Source: Occultella glacieicola
GTDB lineage: Bacteria; Actinomycetota; Actinomycetes; Actinomycetales; Beutenbergiaceae
Assembly: GCF_004353825.1 (NCBI RefSeq)
Contig: NZ_SMNA01000001.1
Location: forward strand, 372,001 to 436,000
DNA: 64,000 bases
Direction: 5' to 3'
This document shows positions 8,317 to 18,054 of the stretch, piece after piece. The translations under genes were made by a program, and so were the position numbers. The notes under the pieces are model-generated. The model did no database searches and was not told the DNA's origin. It was given only the letters and a program-made list of their open reading frames with translations. Every line of letters starts with the position of its first letter. Position 1 is the first letter of the stretch.

Positions 8317-9516
8317 ATGACCTCCGACCGCACTTCCCGACTGCGCCGCGGCCTGGCCCTGACGGCCGCCGCCGCCGTCGCCGCGCTCGGCGCCGTGGTG
8401 CTCCCCACGCCGGCGCAGGCCTGCGCCTGCGGCGGGTATGTGGCAGCCGACGGGTACGAGGTGGCCGTGAACCGCGAGGTCGCCACGATCGCGTGGGACG
8501 GCGAGACCGAGCGGATCCTGCTCGAGATGGACGTCCTCACCGACGCCCCCGACGCGGCCCTGCTGATCCCCACCCCGGCTCCGGCGGAGGTCGCCCTCGG
8601 GGATGCCGAGATGTTCGACGAGCTCCTCGAGGTGATCGCACCCGAGGTCGAGGTCGACTACACCTGGTGGCCCGACGTCGAGCTCGGCGACGGGGCCGGT
8701 GGCGCGCCCGAAGGGGCGCCGCCCTCGCTCGGTGTGGATGTCCTGGAGACGGTCGACCTCGGGCCGCTCGAGGCCAGCGTGCTCGCCGCCGATGACGCGG
8801 ACGGCCTGGCGCAGTGGCTCGACGAGCATGGCTACGTGATGCAGGACGGTCTCGCCACCGCGTTGCGGCCCTACATCACCGAGGGCTGGTACTACGTGGC
8901 CATGCGGCTGACCACGGACGCGGCCGATCTGACCGGTGAACTGCAGCCGGTGGACCTGACCTTCCCGTCGGAGTCCCTGATCTACCCGATGCGGCTCTCC
9001 GCCGCCGCCGCGACCGACCAGTTCGTGCGGACCTACGTGTTCGCCGACCGCCGGATGGCCCGCACGGACGCCAGCAATGGCACCGCCCCGGTCGACCTCC
9101 GGTTCGCGGGCCCCGTCGATCCGGCGGAGGTCGAGAACCCCACGCTCGCCGACATCGCGGGTACCACGCCGTACCTGACCGTGATGGACCAGTGGTTCCA
9201 CGAGCCGGGCAGCGAGATCGTCTCCGACTTCACGTTCTCGGCGTCCACGCAGACCGGTGACTATCGCGAGGTCGTCCACGAGACCCGGATGCGGGAGATC
9301 CTCGGAATGCCGGCCGGCCCGGTGCTCACCTTCCTCGGGCTGGTCGCGGTTGCGCTCGCCCTGCTCCTCGGCGGGCGCGCGGTGAGCCGGCGAGCCCGGC
9401 GCCGCGCGGCGGCACCCCGCGGCTCCGGCCCGGCAGCGGCGACCGCGACCGAGCCGCGCCACCCGCACCCGGCCGGCGTCGGCGGCGCCGAGCGCCGGCA
9501 CTCCAGCACCCTCTGA
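8317..9516 (+). CDS. DUF2330 domain exported/membrane-anchored protein
   Basis: Signal peptide, AQACACGG, WLDEHGY, YPMRLS, C-terminal TM helix. Confidence 0.85.
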   Translation: MTSDRTSRLRRGLALTAAAAVAALGAVVLPTPAQACACGGYVAADGYEVAVNREVATIAWDGETERILLEMDVLTDAPDAALLIPTPAPAEVALGDAEMFDELLEVIAPEVEVDYTWWPDVELGDGAGGAPEGAPPSLGVDVLETVDLGPLEASVLAADDADGLAQWLDEHGYVMQDGLATALRPYITEGWYYVAMRLTTDAADLTGELQPVDLTFPSESLIYPMRLSAAAATDQFVRTYVFADRRMARTDASNGTAPVDLRFAGPVDPAEVENPTLADIAGTTPYLTVMDQWFHEPGSEIVSDFTFSASTQTGDYREVVHETRMREILGMPAGPVLTFLGLVAVALALLLGGRAVSRRARRRAAAPRGSGPAAATATEPRHPHPAGVGGAERRHSSTL

Positions 9517-9559
9517 CCCGCCTCGGTCGTCCGGGGAAGCCGCCGAGTAGACTCGCCCG

Positions 9560-10483
9560 GTGCGGCTCGGCGTCCTCGACATCGGTTCCAACACGGTGCA
9601 CCTCGTGGTGGTCGACGTGGTCCGCGGCGCCCATCCGAACCCGGACCTGGACGAGCGGGTCACGCTGCGGCTGATGCAGTACCTCACCGACGAGGGTGCC
9701 ATCAGCGAGGAGGGGATCACGGCGCTGCTCGAGGCGGTCGACGGCGCGGTCCTGCGTGCCCGCGAACAGCGCGTCGACGAGGTGCTCACGATGGTGACCT
9801 CCGCCGTGCGGGAGGCCTCGAACGGGGAGTCCGTGCTCGCCCGGATCCGCGCCCGCCTCGACGGCGACGTCCAGGTGCTCTCCGGCGAACAGGAGGCGGC
9901 CCTGACGTTCCTGGCGGCCCGCCGCTGGCTCGGCTGGGCCGCGGGGCGGCTGCTCGTCCTGGACATCGGTGGCGGCTCGCTCGAGGTCGCTCTCGGCGTG
10001 GACGAAGTGCCGGACCTCGCCGCGTCGCTGCCGCTCGGCGCGGGCCGGCTGACCCGCACCCACCTGCGTCACGACCCCCCGTTACCGGAGGAGGTCAAGC
10101 ACCTGCGTGCCGTGGTCCGGGCCGAGCTCGAGCCGCTTGTGGCGCGGGTTCGGGCCGAGCCCCGCCCGGACCATGTCGTGGCCACGTCGAAGACGTTCCG
10201 CTCGCTCGCCCGCCTGGCCGGCATGGCCGTGGACGGCGTCGGCCCGGACCAGCGCTGGCGGATGAGCACCTCGCTGCTCTCGGACTGGGTGCCGCGGCTG
10301 GCCCGGATCCCCGCCGAGCAGCGCATGGAACTGCCCGGCATCACCCCCGAGCGGACCTACCAGATCGTCGCCGGGGCCGTGGTGGCCGAGGAGCTCCTGC
10401 GTGCCCTGCGGGTGGAGATCGTCGAGGTCTGCCCGTGGGCGCTGCGCGAGGGTGCGCTGCTCCGGCGGCTCGACCAGGTCTGA
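9560..10483 (+). CDS. Ppx/GppA family phosphatase
   Basis: LGVLDIGSNTVHL, TSAVREA, LDIGGGSLE, WALREG; TAGACT -10 lies 6 nt upstream. Confidence 0.93.
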   Translation: MRLGVLDIGSNTVHLVVVDVVRGAHPNPDLDERVTLRLMQYLTDEGAISEEGITALLEAVDGAVLRAREQRVDEVLTMVTSAVREASNGESVLARIRARLDGDVQVLSGEQEAALTFLAARRWLGWAAGRLLVLDIGGGSLEVALGVDEVPDLAASLPLGAGRLTRTHLRHDPPLPEEVKHLRAVVRAELEPLVARVRAEPRPDHVVATSKTFRSLARLAGMAVDGVGPDQRWRMSTSLLSDWVPRLARIPAEQRMELPGITPERTYQIVAGAVVAEELLRALRVEIVEVCPWALREGALLRRLDQV

Positions 10484-10495
10484 GGTAACACCGGG

Positions 10496-12076
10496 TCAGC
10501 GCGCGCCGACCGGCTCCGACTCCGCCGCGGTGGCGTCGGAGGGCCGTGCTGTCCCTGCTGTCCCTGCTGTCCCTGCGGCCCGGCGCAGCACCAGGCCGAC
10601 CCCGACGGCGGTGAGCGCCGAGAGCACGACGCCCGCGACCGCCGTCGTCGCCATGCCGGAGGCGAACGCCTCCCGGGCGGAGGAGAGCAGTGCCGCACCC
10701 ACCGACGGGTCGGACTGGGCCCCCGCGACCTCGACGGCGCCGCCGAGCGTCTCGGTGGCCGCGGTCCGGTCGGCACCGGCCAGGGCGGCGGGCACCTCGA
10801 CCCGGGCGCGGTACATCGCCGAGGCGAGGCTACCCAGGATCGCGACCCCGAACGCCGAACCCAGCTCGTATGCGGTCTCGGAGATGCTCGACGCCGCGCC
10901 GGCCCGCTGCGGGGGCACCGCCGCGAGGATCGCGTCGTTGGTGAGGGTCTCGGTGAACCCGGCCCCGGCGCCGACCAGGACGAAGATCGCCACCAGGATC
11001 CCGATCCCGGTGTGGCCGGTGAGGGTGGTTCCGAGCAGGTAGCCGGCGCCCGAGACGGCGATGCCGAGCGGCACGAGCACATGCAGCGGCGCCCGTTCGG
11101 CGACGGCGGCGGCCAGCAACCCCATGCCCACCGTGGCCACCAGGCCCGGCAGCAGCCACAGGCCGGCGACCATCGGGCTCAGCCCGAGCACCAGTTGCAG
11201 GTACTGGGCGAGGAGGAACAGCAGCCCGGCCATGGCCAGGGCGGCGACCAGGTTCGCCACCACCGACGCCGCGAACACGGGCCGCTGGAACAGCCGCACG
11301 TCCAGCAGCGGGTCGGCTCGGCGCAGTTGCCGACGCACGAACAGGCCGCCGGCGGTCACCGCGACGACCGCCGGCACCAGGGCGAGCGGGACCAGACCGT
11401 CGTGCGCGACGGTCTTGACCGCGTACACGAGCGGCACCATCGTCAGGATCGACAGGGCCACGCTCACCAGGTCGAAGCGGCCCACGCGGGACCCGCGCGA
11501 CTCCGGCACCAGCAGTGGCGCCGCGATCAGGAAGATCACCAGCACCGGCACGTTGAGCAGGAACACCGAGCCCCACCAGAAGTGTTCGAGCAGCCAGCCG
11601 CCCACGATCGGGCCGAGCGCCGCCCCGCCGGAGAACCCGGCGGCCCACACCGCGATCGCGAACCGGCGCTCGCCGTCGTCGGTGAACACGTTCCGCAGCA
11701 GCGCGAGCGTGGCGGGCATCAGCGTCGCACCGAAGACCCCCATCGCGGCGCGGGCCGCGATCAGGTGCGTGGCGTCGGCGCTGAATGCGGCCCAGATGCT
11801 GACCAGGCCGAAGCCGGTGGCGCCGATCAGCAGCAGCCGGCGCCGGCCGAGCCGGTCGCCCAGGGTCCCCATCGTGACGAGCAGTCCCGCGAGCACCAGC
11901 GGGTAGATGTCCACGATCCAGAGCAGCTGGGTGGCGCTCGGCTGCAGGTCCCGGCTGAGCGCCGGCACGGCGAACGAGAGCACGGTGTTGTCGATGCTGA
12001 CGAGCAGCACCGGGAGCATGAGCGCGGCCAGGGCCAGCCAGCGCCGCTTGGGCGAGATGACCGGGGTCGTGTCCAT
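10496..12076 (-). CDS. DHA2 (14-TM) MFS drug efflux transporter, LfrA/QacA-like
   Basis: SIDNTVL, motif A GTLGDRLGRRR, LGPIVGG, ETAYELG. Confidence 0.92.
   Translation of the reverse strand: MDTTPVISPKRRWLALAALMLPVLLVSIDNTVLSFAVPALSRDLQPSATQLLWIVDIYPLVLAGLLVTMGTLGDRLGRRRLLLIGATGFGLVSIWAAFSADATHLIAARAAMGVFGATLMPATLALLRNVFTDDGERRFAIAVWAAGFSGGAALGPIVGGWLLEHFWWGSVFLLNVPVLVIFLIAAPLLVPESRGSRVGRFDLVSVALSILTMVPLVYAVKTVAHDGLVPLALVPAVVAVTAGGLFVRRQLRRADPLLDVRLFQRPVFAASVVANLVAALAMAGLLFLLAQYLQLVLGLSPMVAGLWLLPGLVATVGMGLLAAAVAERAPLHVLVPLGIAVSGAGYLLGTTLTGHTGIGILVAIFVLVGAGAGFTETLTNDAILAAVPPQRAGAASSISETAYELGSAFGVAILGSLASAMYRARVEVPAALAGADRTAATETLGGAVEVAGAQSDPSVGAALLSSAREAFASGMATTAVAGVVLSALTAVGVGLVLRRAAGTAGTAGTARPSDATAAESEPVGAR
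10547..10576. repeat. 9-bp tandem repeat (TGCTGTCCC x3.3) in the MFS C-terminal tail
   Basis: Perfect copies encoding AGTAGTAGT. Confidence 0.8.
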
Positions 12077-12123
12077 CGCGGTGGTTCCTTCGGAGTATCA
12101 GGATCGGGGTTCGGAGTTACTGT

Positions 12124-12137
12124 ACCGTCTGGACGGT
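12124..12137. promoter_or_regulatory. TetR operator between the divergent MFS and TetR genes
   Basis: ACCGTC-tg-GACGGT palindrome. Confidence 0.7.
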
Positions 12138-12160
12138 TTACCTGGCGATACACTGTGATC

Positions 12161-12673
12161 ATGTCCACAGCCAGGGAGCGCATCGTCGACGCGCTCGAGC
12201 GGGTCCTGATCGAGGAGGGGCCCGCCGCGGCGACCCTCGAACACGTCGCGGAGGGGGCGGGGGTCTCCAAGGGCGGGCTGCTCTACCACTTCGGGAGCAA
12301 GGAGGCGCTGTTCGAGGGCCTGCTCGGCCGGCTCACCGACTCCTCGCAGGACCCTGCGCCCGCGACCGATGCCCGCGGCGCCATCACCGAGTACCTGCGC
12401 CTGTCCATGGTCGCCGACGACGCGTTCAGCACCACCCTGCTGGCCGCACTACGACTCGTCGGTGCCCCCGGCGTCGACGTGCCCGCGGCGCTCTCCGCCG
12501 CGAGCGAGCAGTGGTTCGAGCAGGTCCGCCCGCACATCGCCGACCCCGTGACGGCACGCCTGATCCAGCTCGTGGGGGACGGGCTCTACCTGAACGCCCT
12601 GATCTCCGCCCCGGCCAGCCCGCATGACGACGCCGTGATCGCGCGGCTGCTCGGCGAGGTCGAGCCGCACTGA
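12161..12673 (+). CDS. TetR/AcrR family regulator
   Basis: ATLEHVAEGAGVSKGGLLYHFGSKEAL; TACACT -10 lies 6 nt upstream. Confidence 0.93.
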   Translation: MSTARERIVDALERVLIEEGPAAATLEHVAEGAGVSKGGLLYHFGSKEALFEGLLGRLTDSSQDPAPATDARGAITEYLRLSMVADDAFSTTLLAALRLVGAPGVDVPAALSAASEQWFEQVRPHIADPVTARLIQLVGDGLYLNALISAPASPHDDAVIARLLGEVEPH

Positions 12674-12686
12674 CCGCCCCGGCGAC

Positions 12687-14132
12687 TCAGTCCAGGTGCG
12701 CGACCAGCCGCTGCGCGAGGCCGGTGTAGGAGCCCGGGGTCAGGTCCAGCAGCCGAGCCTCGACATCGCCCGGCAGCCCGAGCCCACCGATGAACTCGCG
12801 CATCGCGGCCCGGTCAACCCGGCGCCCGCGGGTCAGCTCCTTGAGCCGCTCGTACGGGTCGGCCATGCCCTCGGCACCGGCCACGGCTGCCGCACGCATC
12901 GCGGACTGCACCGCCTCCCCGAGCACCTCCCAGTTGCCGTCCAGGTCCCGGGCCATCGCCTCGGCGTCCACGTCCAGCCCGGCCAGACCGCGGCGCACGT
13001 TGTCCAGCGCGAGCAGCGAGTGCCCGAACGCGACGCCGATGTTGCGCTGGGTGGTGGAGTCGGTCAGGTCGCGCTGCAGCCGGGAGGTCACCAGGGTGGA
13101 GGCGAGAGTGTCCAGCAGCGCGCAGGAGACCTCCAGGTTCGCCTCCGCGTTCTCGAAACGGATCGGGTTCACCTTGTGCGGCATCGTCGAGGACCCGGTG
13201 GACCCCTGCGCGGACAGCCGCTGCTTGAAGTACCCGAGGGAGATGTAGGTCCACACGTCGGTGGCCAGGTTGTGCAGCACCCGGTTGAACCGGGCCACGT
13301 CCGCGTACAGCTCGGCCTGCCAGTCGTGGCTCTCGATCTGGGTGGTGAGCGGGTTCCAGGTGAGGCCGAGACCGGTCACGAACTCCCGGGCCACCGCCTC
13401 CCAGTCCGCGCCGGGTACCGAGATCGCGTGGGCGCCGTAGGTGCCGGTGGCGCCGTTGATCTTGCCGAGGAACTCGGCGCCCTCGACCCGACTCAGCTGC
13501 CGCCGCAGCCGGTGCGCGAGCACGGCCAGCTCCTTGCCGAGAGTCACCGGCGTGGCCGGCTGGCCATGCGTGCGAGCCAGCATCGGCACCGCGGCGTTCG
13601 CGCGGGCCAGGTCCGCGACGGCATCGGCGACCGTGTGCGCGGCCGGCAGCCACGCCTGCCCGACGGCGGAGCGCACCGTGAGGGCGTAGGCCAGGTTGTT
13701 GATGTCCTCGCTCGTGCAGAAGATGTGCACGATCTCGGTCACGTCCGGAAGGACGGTCTCACCGAGCGCCTCGGGGGCGGCGGCGAGCCGCCGCTTGAGG
13801 AAGTACTCCACCGCCTTGACGTCGTGCAGGGTCTCCCGCTCGATCTCGGCCAGTTCGGCGATCTCGGCGGAACCGAACGTGGCCACGACGTCGCGCAGGT
13901 AGGCGACCTCCGCCGTCGACAGGCTCGGCGCTCCCGGCAGCACCACGCCGGTGGTCAGGTGGATCAGCCACTCGACCTCGACGTGCAGCCGGGACCGATT
14001 CAGGGCCGCCTCGGAGAGGTGGTCCACGAGAGGGGCGACCACGGGGCGGTAACGCCCGTCGAGCGGGCCCAGCGCGATCGGCGGGGTGATGGCGGCCAGG
14101 TCGGCGAGGTCGGTGCGAGGGCGTGAGGGCAT
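12687..14132 (-). CDS. purB: Adenylosuccinate lyase
   Basis: LDGRY, HDVKAVEY, TSEDINN, RTHGQPA, GSSTMPHKVNP. Confidence 0.97.
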   Translation of the reverse strand: MPSRPRTDLADLAAITPPIALGPLDGRYRPVVAPLVDHLSEAALNRSRLHVEVEWLIHLTTGVVLPGAPSLSTAEVAYLRDVVATFGSAEIAELAEIERETLHDVKAVEYFLKRRLAAAPEALGETVLPDVTEIVHIFCTSEDINNLAYALTVRSAVGQAWLPAAHTVADAVADLARANAAVPMLARTHGQPATPVTLGKELAVLAHRLRRQLSRVEGAEFLGKINGATGTYGAHAISVPGADWEAVAREFVTGLGLTWNPLTTQIESHDWQAELYADVARFNRVLHNLATDVWTYISLGYFKQRLSAQGSTGSSTMPHKVNPIRFENAEANLEVSCALLDTLASTLVTSRLQRDLTDSTTQRNIGVAFGHSLLALDNVRRGLAGLDVDAEAMARDLDGNWEVLGEAVQSAMRAAAVAGAEGMADPYERLKELTRGRRVDRAAMREFIGGLGLPGDVEARLLDLTPGSYTGLAQRLVAHLD

Positions 14133-14191
14133 GGCGTCATTCTTCCAGAGCCCGGTGAACGGGCCGGCAGCGTCTCGCGCGTCGGCGCCGG

Positions 14192-15076
14192 TCAGTCCGG
14201 GCTCACGTCCTGCTCGGGCACGAACCGCGCCGTCTCCAGGCCGTACCGGCGCACGCGGTCGAAGTAGGCGGTCGGGGTGAGGCCGACGAAGCGATGGAAC
14301 GCACGGGTCAGATGCGACTGGTCGTAGTAGCCGGCGGCCGCGGCGAGCTCGCTCCAGATGACCCCGGGGACGGGCGTGTCGCCGCCGTCGCCCACCTGCC
14401 CGGCGCCGGCGGCGAGGGCGGCCGCGGTCAGTCGCTCGAGCAGCCCGTGCAGCCGCTGCAGGTCGGCGAAGGCCTTCGGGGTGACGCCGCACGCGCGGCG
14501 GAACCGGGCCACGAGTGCCGGTGCCGAGACGCCCGCCCGCGTCGCCACGTCGCCCACTCGCGGCTGCGGATCGGCGCCGAACGACGCCAGGGCCGTCCGA
14601 ACGACGGGATCGGGGCGCCAGGCCACCTCGAGCCGGTCCCGCAGACCCGCGACCACCGCGTCGAGGGCGGTACCGGGGTCGACATCCGGCCGGAGCCGGC
14701 GCAGGCCCGGGAAGCCGTCGACCTCATGCACCCCACCGGCCAGCCGCTGGGGATCCAGGCCGACCGCCCGCAGGGCGTCCGGGCGCAGCCGCGCACCGAC
14801 GTTCGCGACCAGTCCACCGTTCGAACTGATCGTGGCCTCATCGGTGAGCCCGGCGACGAACGGGCCACGGAGCAGATGCCAGCCATCGGCCCGGCGGACG
14901 CCGTAGGGCTGCACCGTCAGCGGCACGATGAACGGCACGTCCGTGGCCGGCAGGATCCGCTCGAACCGGGTCGGTGCCACGGTCCGCACGAACCACAGGC
15001 CCGTGAGGACCCCCGCCAGATCTGCGGGCGCTGCTCGCTCGACGAATGCTGAGGCCGGCTCCGGCTCGGGAGGCAT
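14192..15076 (-). CDS. AraC family regulator
   Basis: RFRRACGVTPK and WSELAAAAGYYDQSHLTRAF. Confidence 0.9.
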   Translation of the reverse strand: MPPEPEPASAFVERAAPADLAGVLTGLWFVRTVAPTRFERILPATDVPFIVPLTVQPYGVRRADGWHLLRGPFVAGLTDEATISSNGGLVANVGARLRPDALRAVGLDPQRLAGGVHEVDGFPGLRRLRPDVDPGTALDAVVAGLRDRLEVAWRPDPVVRTALASFGADPQPRVGDVATRAGVSAPALVARFRRACGVTPKAFADLQRLHGLLERLTAAALAAGAGQVGDGGDTPVPGVIWSELAAAAGYYDQSHLTRAFHRFVGLTPTAYFDRVRRYGLETARFVPEQDVSPD

Positions 15077-15123
15077 GAAGAATATCCAAGCCCATCCGCC
15101 GCGCCGGCGCCTACCGTTGCCAC

Positions 15124-15558
15124 ATGACCGCAGCCATCGACACGCGGGTGCTGATCCGAGCCCCGCGGGACCGAGTATGGGACCTCCTCACCGACTTCAC
15201 CCGTGCCCACGAGTGGATGACCGAGGCGACGGACATGCGCCTGGACGACGCCACGCTGGCGGTGGGGAGCGTGTTGAGGTTCCGTGCGCAGAACACCGAG
15301 CGCACCTCGACGGTCGAGGCGCTCGAACCCGGCCGGATGATCGCGCTCGCGAGCGACGGCCCCGGCGTGCACGCCGTCTACACCTACACGTTGACCGATC
15401 GCGACGGCGGCACCGAGGTCCACCTCGTCGCCGACGTCACGGCCAGGGGGCCGATGAAGGCCTTCGGTCCGGTGATCCGCAGGTCGATCGCGAACGCCGA
15501 CGGCGGTCAGCTCGAGGCGTTGGCACACCTGCTCACGACCAACGACAACGCCGCCTGA
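15124..15558 (+). CDS. SRPBCC/polyketide cyclase family protein
   Basis: IRAPRDRVWDLLTD..W, GGTEV; divergent from the AraC gene. Confidence 0.85.
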   Translation: MTAAIDTRVLIRAPRDRVWDLLTDFTRAHEWMTEATDMRLDDATLAVGSVLRFRAQNTERTSTVEALEPGRMIALASDGPGVHAVYTYTLTDRDGGTEVHLVADVTARGPMKAFGPVIRRSIANADGGQLEALAHLLTTNDNAA

Positions 15559-15571
15559 GCCGGCCCAGCAC

Positions 15572-16369
15572 TCACACGTACGCGTCGGCGGCCCGGACGG
15601 CGGCGTCGGCGTAGGCGCTGCCGAACAGCACCGTGTGCACCAGCAACGGATTCAGGTGGTGCAGCGCGACCCGGTCCGGCCAGCCGTCGGCGAGCGGGGA
15701 GACCTCCTGGTAGCCGTCGAGGATCTCGTCCAGGAACGGTGCCCCGAACAGGTCGAGCATGGCCAGGTCGGTCTCGGCGTGCCCGCCGTGTGCGGTCGCG
15801 TCGATCAGCACGGCCTCACCACCCGAGTCGGCATCCCAGAGCACGTTGCCGTTCCACAGGTCGCCGTGCAGGCGGGCGACGGCGTGCCCACCCGCGCCCG
15901 CGCGCTCGCGCACGAGGGCCGGCTGGTCGTGCTCGAGGTCACCGGCCACGAGCCGGGCGGCGACCGCCTCGACCCTCGCAGCGCCGTCGGGAGTGATCGA
16001 GCCCTGCTCGACGGCGGTGCGCAGGAACGGCAGCACGCGTGTAGTCGCGTAGAACTCGCCCCAGCGCAGGCCCGGGGCGCTCGGTCCGGGCATCGGCCCC
16101 TGGGCCATGAAGCCGGCGGTGCGGCCCGGCACCTGACCGACATGGTCGGCGCCGGCGGCGTGGGTGCGGGCCAGTGCGGCGCCGAACGCGCGGGCCGCGG
16201 CGGCGGAGGCCGGCCCGGACCGGACCGACTCCAACTCGAGCACCCCGGGCCGCACGCCGTGCACCCGGACCACCCGGGCGCCGTCGGGAACCTGCGCCAG
16301 CCAGCGCAGGCCGTCGGCCTCGGCGACCGCGGCGTCCGGATCCGGGAACCGGGTCTTGCGCCAGCTCAC
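15572..16369 (-). CDS. Fructosamine kinase family protein
   Basis: EADGLRWL, LHGDLWNGN, GHAETDLAML. Confidence 0.92.
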   Translation of the reverse strand: MSWRKTRFPDPDAAVAEADGLRWLAQVPDGARVVRVHGVRPGVLELESVRSGPASAAAARAFGAALARTHAAGADHVGQVPGRTAGFMAQGPMPGPSAPGLRWGEFYATTRVLPFLRTAVEQGSITPDGAARVEAVAARLVAGDLEHDQPALVRERAGAGGHAVARLHGDLWNGNVLWDADSGGEAVLIDATAHGGHAETDLAMLDLFGAPFLDEILDGYQEVSPLADGWPDRVALHHLNPLLVHTVLFGSAYADAAVRAADAYV

Positions 16370-16851
16370 GCGAGCCGTTCGCGCACGTGCGCGACGACAC
16401 CCGGCGCAGCGGCGCTGATCTGGGCGTAGCTGACCTCGAAGTCGCGGCGGTCGCCGTAGTAGGGGTCGGCCACCTCGTCGTCCTCGCGGTCGGCGTCGAA
16501 GCTGCGCAACAGGCGGACCTTCTCCTGCGCGGCGGGGTCCGGGGTGAGCCGGCGCAGGGCGTCGACGTGGCTCTGGTCCAGGGCCAGGATCAGGTCCGCG
16601 TCGGCGAAGTCCGGTGGCGCGAAACGGCGGGCGCGGTGGTCGGTGAGCGTGTGCCCGTTCTCGGTCAGCACGGAGAGGGCTCGGTGGTCCGCGTCCTCAC
16701 CGAGGTGCCAGTCCCCGGTGCCGGCGGAGAACACCCGGACGGCGTCGGTGAGTCCGGCGTCGGCGATCGCGTCCCGGATCACCACCTCGCCGATCGGGGA
16801 GCGGCAGATGTTCCCGGTGCACACGACGGCGATCGTGAAGAGGTCGGCCAT
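16366..16851 (-). CDS. Low-molecular-weight protein-tyrosine phosphatase
   Basis: CTGNICRS, SAGTGDWH, DPYYG. Confidence 0.95.
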   Translation of the reverse strand: MADLFTIAVVCTGNICRSPIGEVVIRDAIADAGLTDAVRVFSAGTGDWHLGEDADHRALSVLTENGHTLTDHRARRFAPPDFADADLILALDQSHVDALRRLTPDPAAQEKVRLLRSFDADREDDEVADPYYGDRRDFEVSYAQISAAAPGVVAHVRERLA

Positions 16852-16929
16852 GCCAGCCATTGTGGCCATGGCGGCGACCGACCGCACCCAGGCACGGGCC
16901 ATGGCGACAGGTTGCGCCGACCGACGCCG

Positions 16930-17669
16930 TCAGCCGGGCCGGCCGGGTTGGTCCTGGTCGTGGGCGGCGCGGAGGTCGTCGTAGGCGGCGTCGGCGGCCG
17001 AGGAGAGGTCGGCCTCGCTGGGGATCGCCTCGCGAAGGCCTCGGGGAAGGGTCTCGTCGAGCAGGAAGTCCTGCAGGCGGGTCATCAGCGCTTGCTCGGC
17101 GACGGGACCCGTGAGGTCGAGGAAGTCCAGCACGTACGGGTCGCGGGTGAGCTGTTGGGCGAGCTCGGAGTCCGCGGCCGGCAGGCGGGCCGGGAAGTTC
17201 GACGGCGCCGCCCGGTGCGGGTGTGCAGGCGGTTCATGATCTGGTTCAGCAAGACGTTGCGGGACCAGCCGTGCTCGACTGCGGCCGTGGCGTACCAGTC
17301 CCGCTCGGACGTCTCATCGAGCTTGTCCAGGAGCACGGTGATGTGGCCCCAGGGCAACTGCGCAACAGGCTGTTGCGCGACCTCGTCGGGCCAGGTGTTC
17401 GCGAACGTGCGCATGTAGACGAGGTTGCGCTGGGAGAGGCCGCGCATCTGCGGAAATTCTTCCCGCAGGTCGGTGGAGAGTCGAGCGATGACACGTGTGC
17501 TCCAGCCTTCGACGCCCTGCCTCTCCAGAATCGTCCGGCCGAGCCGCCCGTACAGGCCGACGAGTTCGGTGTTCACCACCCGCTGTGCCCGCCAGCGCGC
17601 CTCGGCGACGGTTCGCTTCAGGTCGTCGAGCAGTCGTGGGTAGTCGTCGGGAAGGTTCTTGTAGTCCAC
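16930..17669 (-). pseudogene. YhcG/DUF1016 (PD-(D/E)XK nuclease) pseudogene
   Basis: DUF1016 N-domain (VNTELVGLY, RGLSQRNLVYMR, LPWGH, GWSRNVL); frameshift near 17212 into AAPSNF..RDPYVLDFL; nuclease core is missing. Confidence 0.8.
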
Positions 17670-17751
17670 AGGGCAGGAGGCGGTGCAGTCGGGTGCACCG
17701 GTGCCGGCACCCACGCATTGGGGGCGGGAGCGGGTGCCTAGCGTCGTGGCC

Positions 17752-18054
17752 ATGAGAGCCTCACCCTCGCCCATGTTTGCCTCGCCCGGACTGCCCGGCG
17801 GCGCCGCGTCCGCCCTCCTGGCCGCGGCCGCCGAGCAGATCCGCCTCGGCCGGGCCGCTTACGCCGCCGTGCTGCCGGAGCACTGGGAGTCCCCGGCCGC
17901 CCTTGCCTACCGGCGCCGGATCGACGCGCTGACCTCGGCCGCCGACCGGCTCGCCGGGACGCTCGACGGTGCGGCCGCGGCGGCCCGGGTCCACGAGAAC
18001 CAGAGCGCCGCGGTCCGGGCGGCGCTCGCCGGCCCCGCCATGACCCCGCGATGA
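17752..18054 (+). CDS. Small Ala-rich helical protein, WXG100-like
   Basis: 100 aa with central WESPAA; TAGCGT -10 lies 7 nt upstream; ATGA overlap with the next gene. Confidence 0.6.
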   Translation: MRASPSPMFASPGLPGGAASALLAAAAEQIRLGRAAYAAVLPEHWESPAALAYRRRIDALTSAADRLAGTLDGAAAAARVHENQSAAVRAALAGPAMTPR

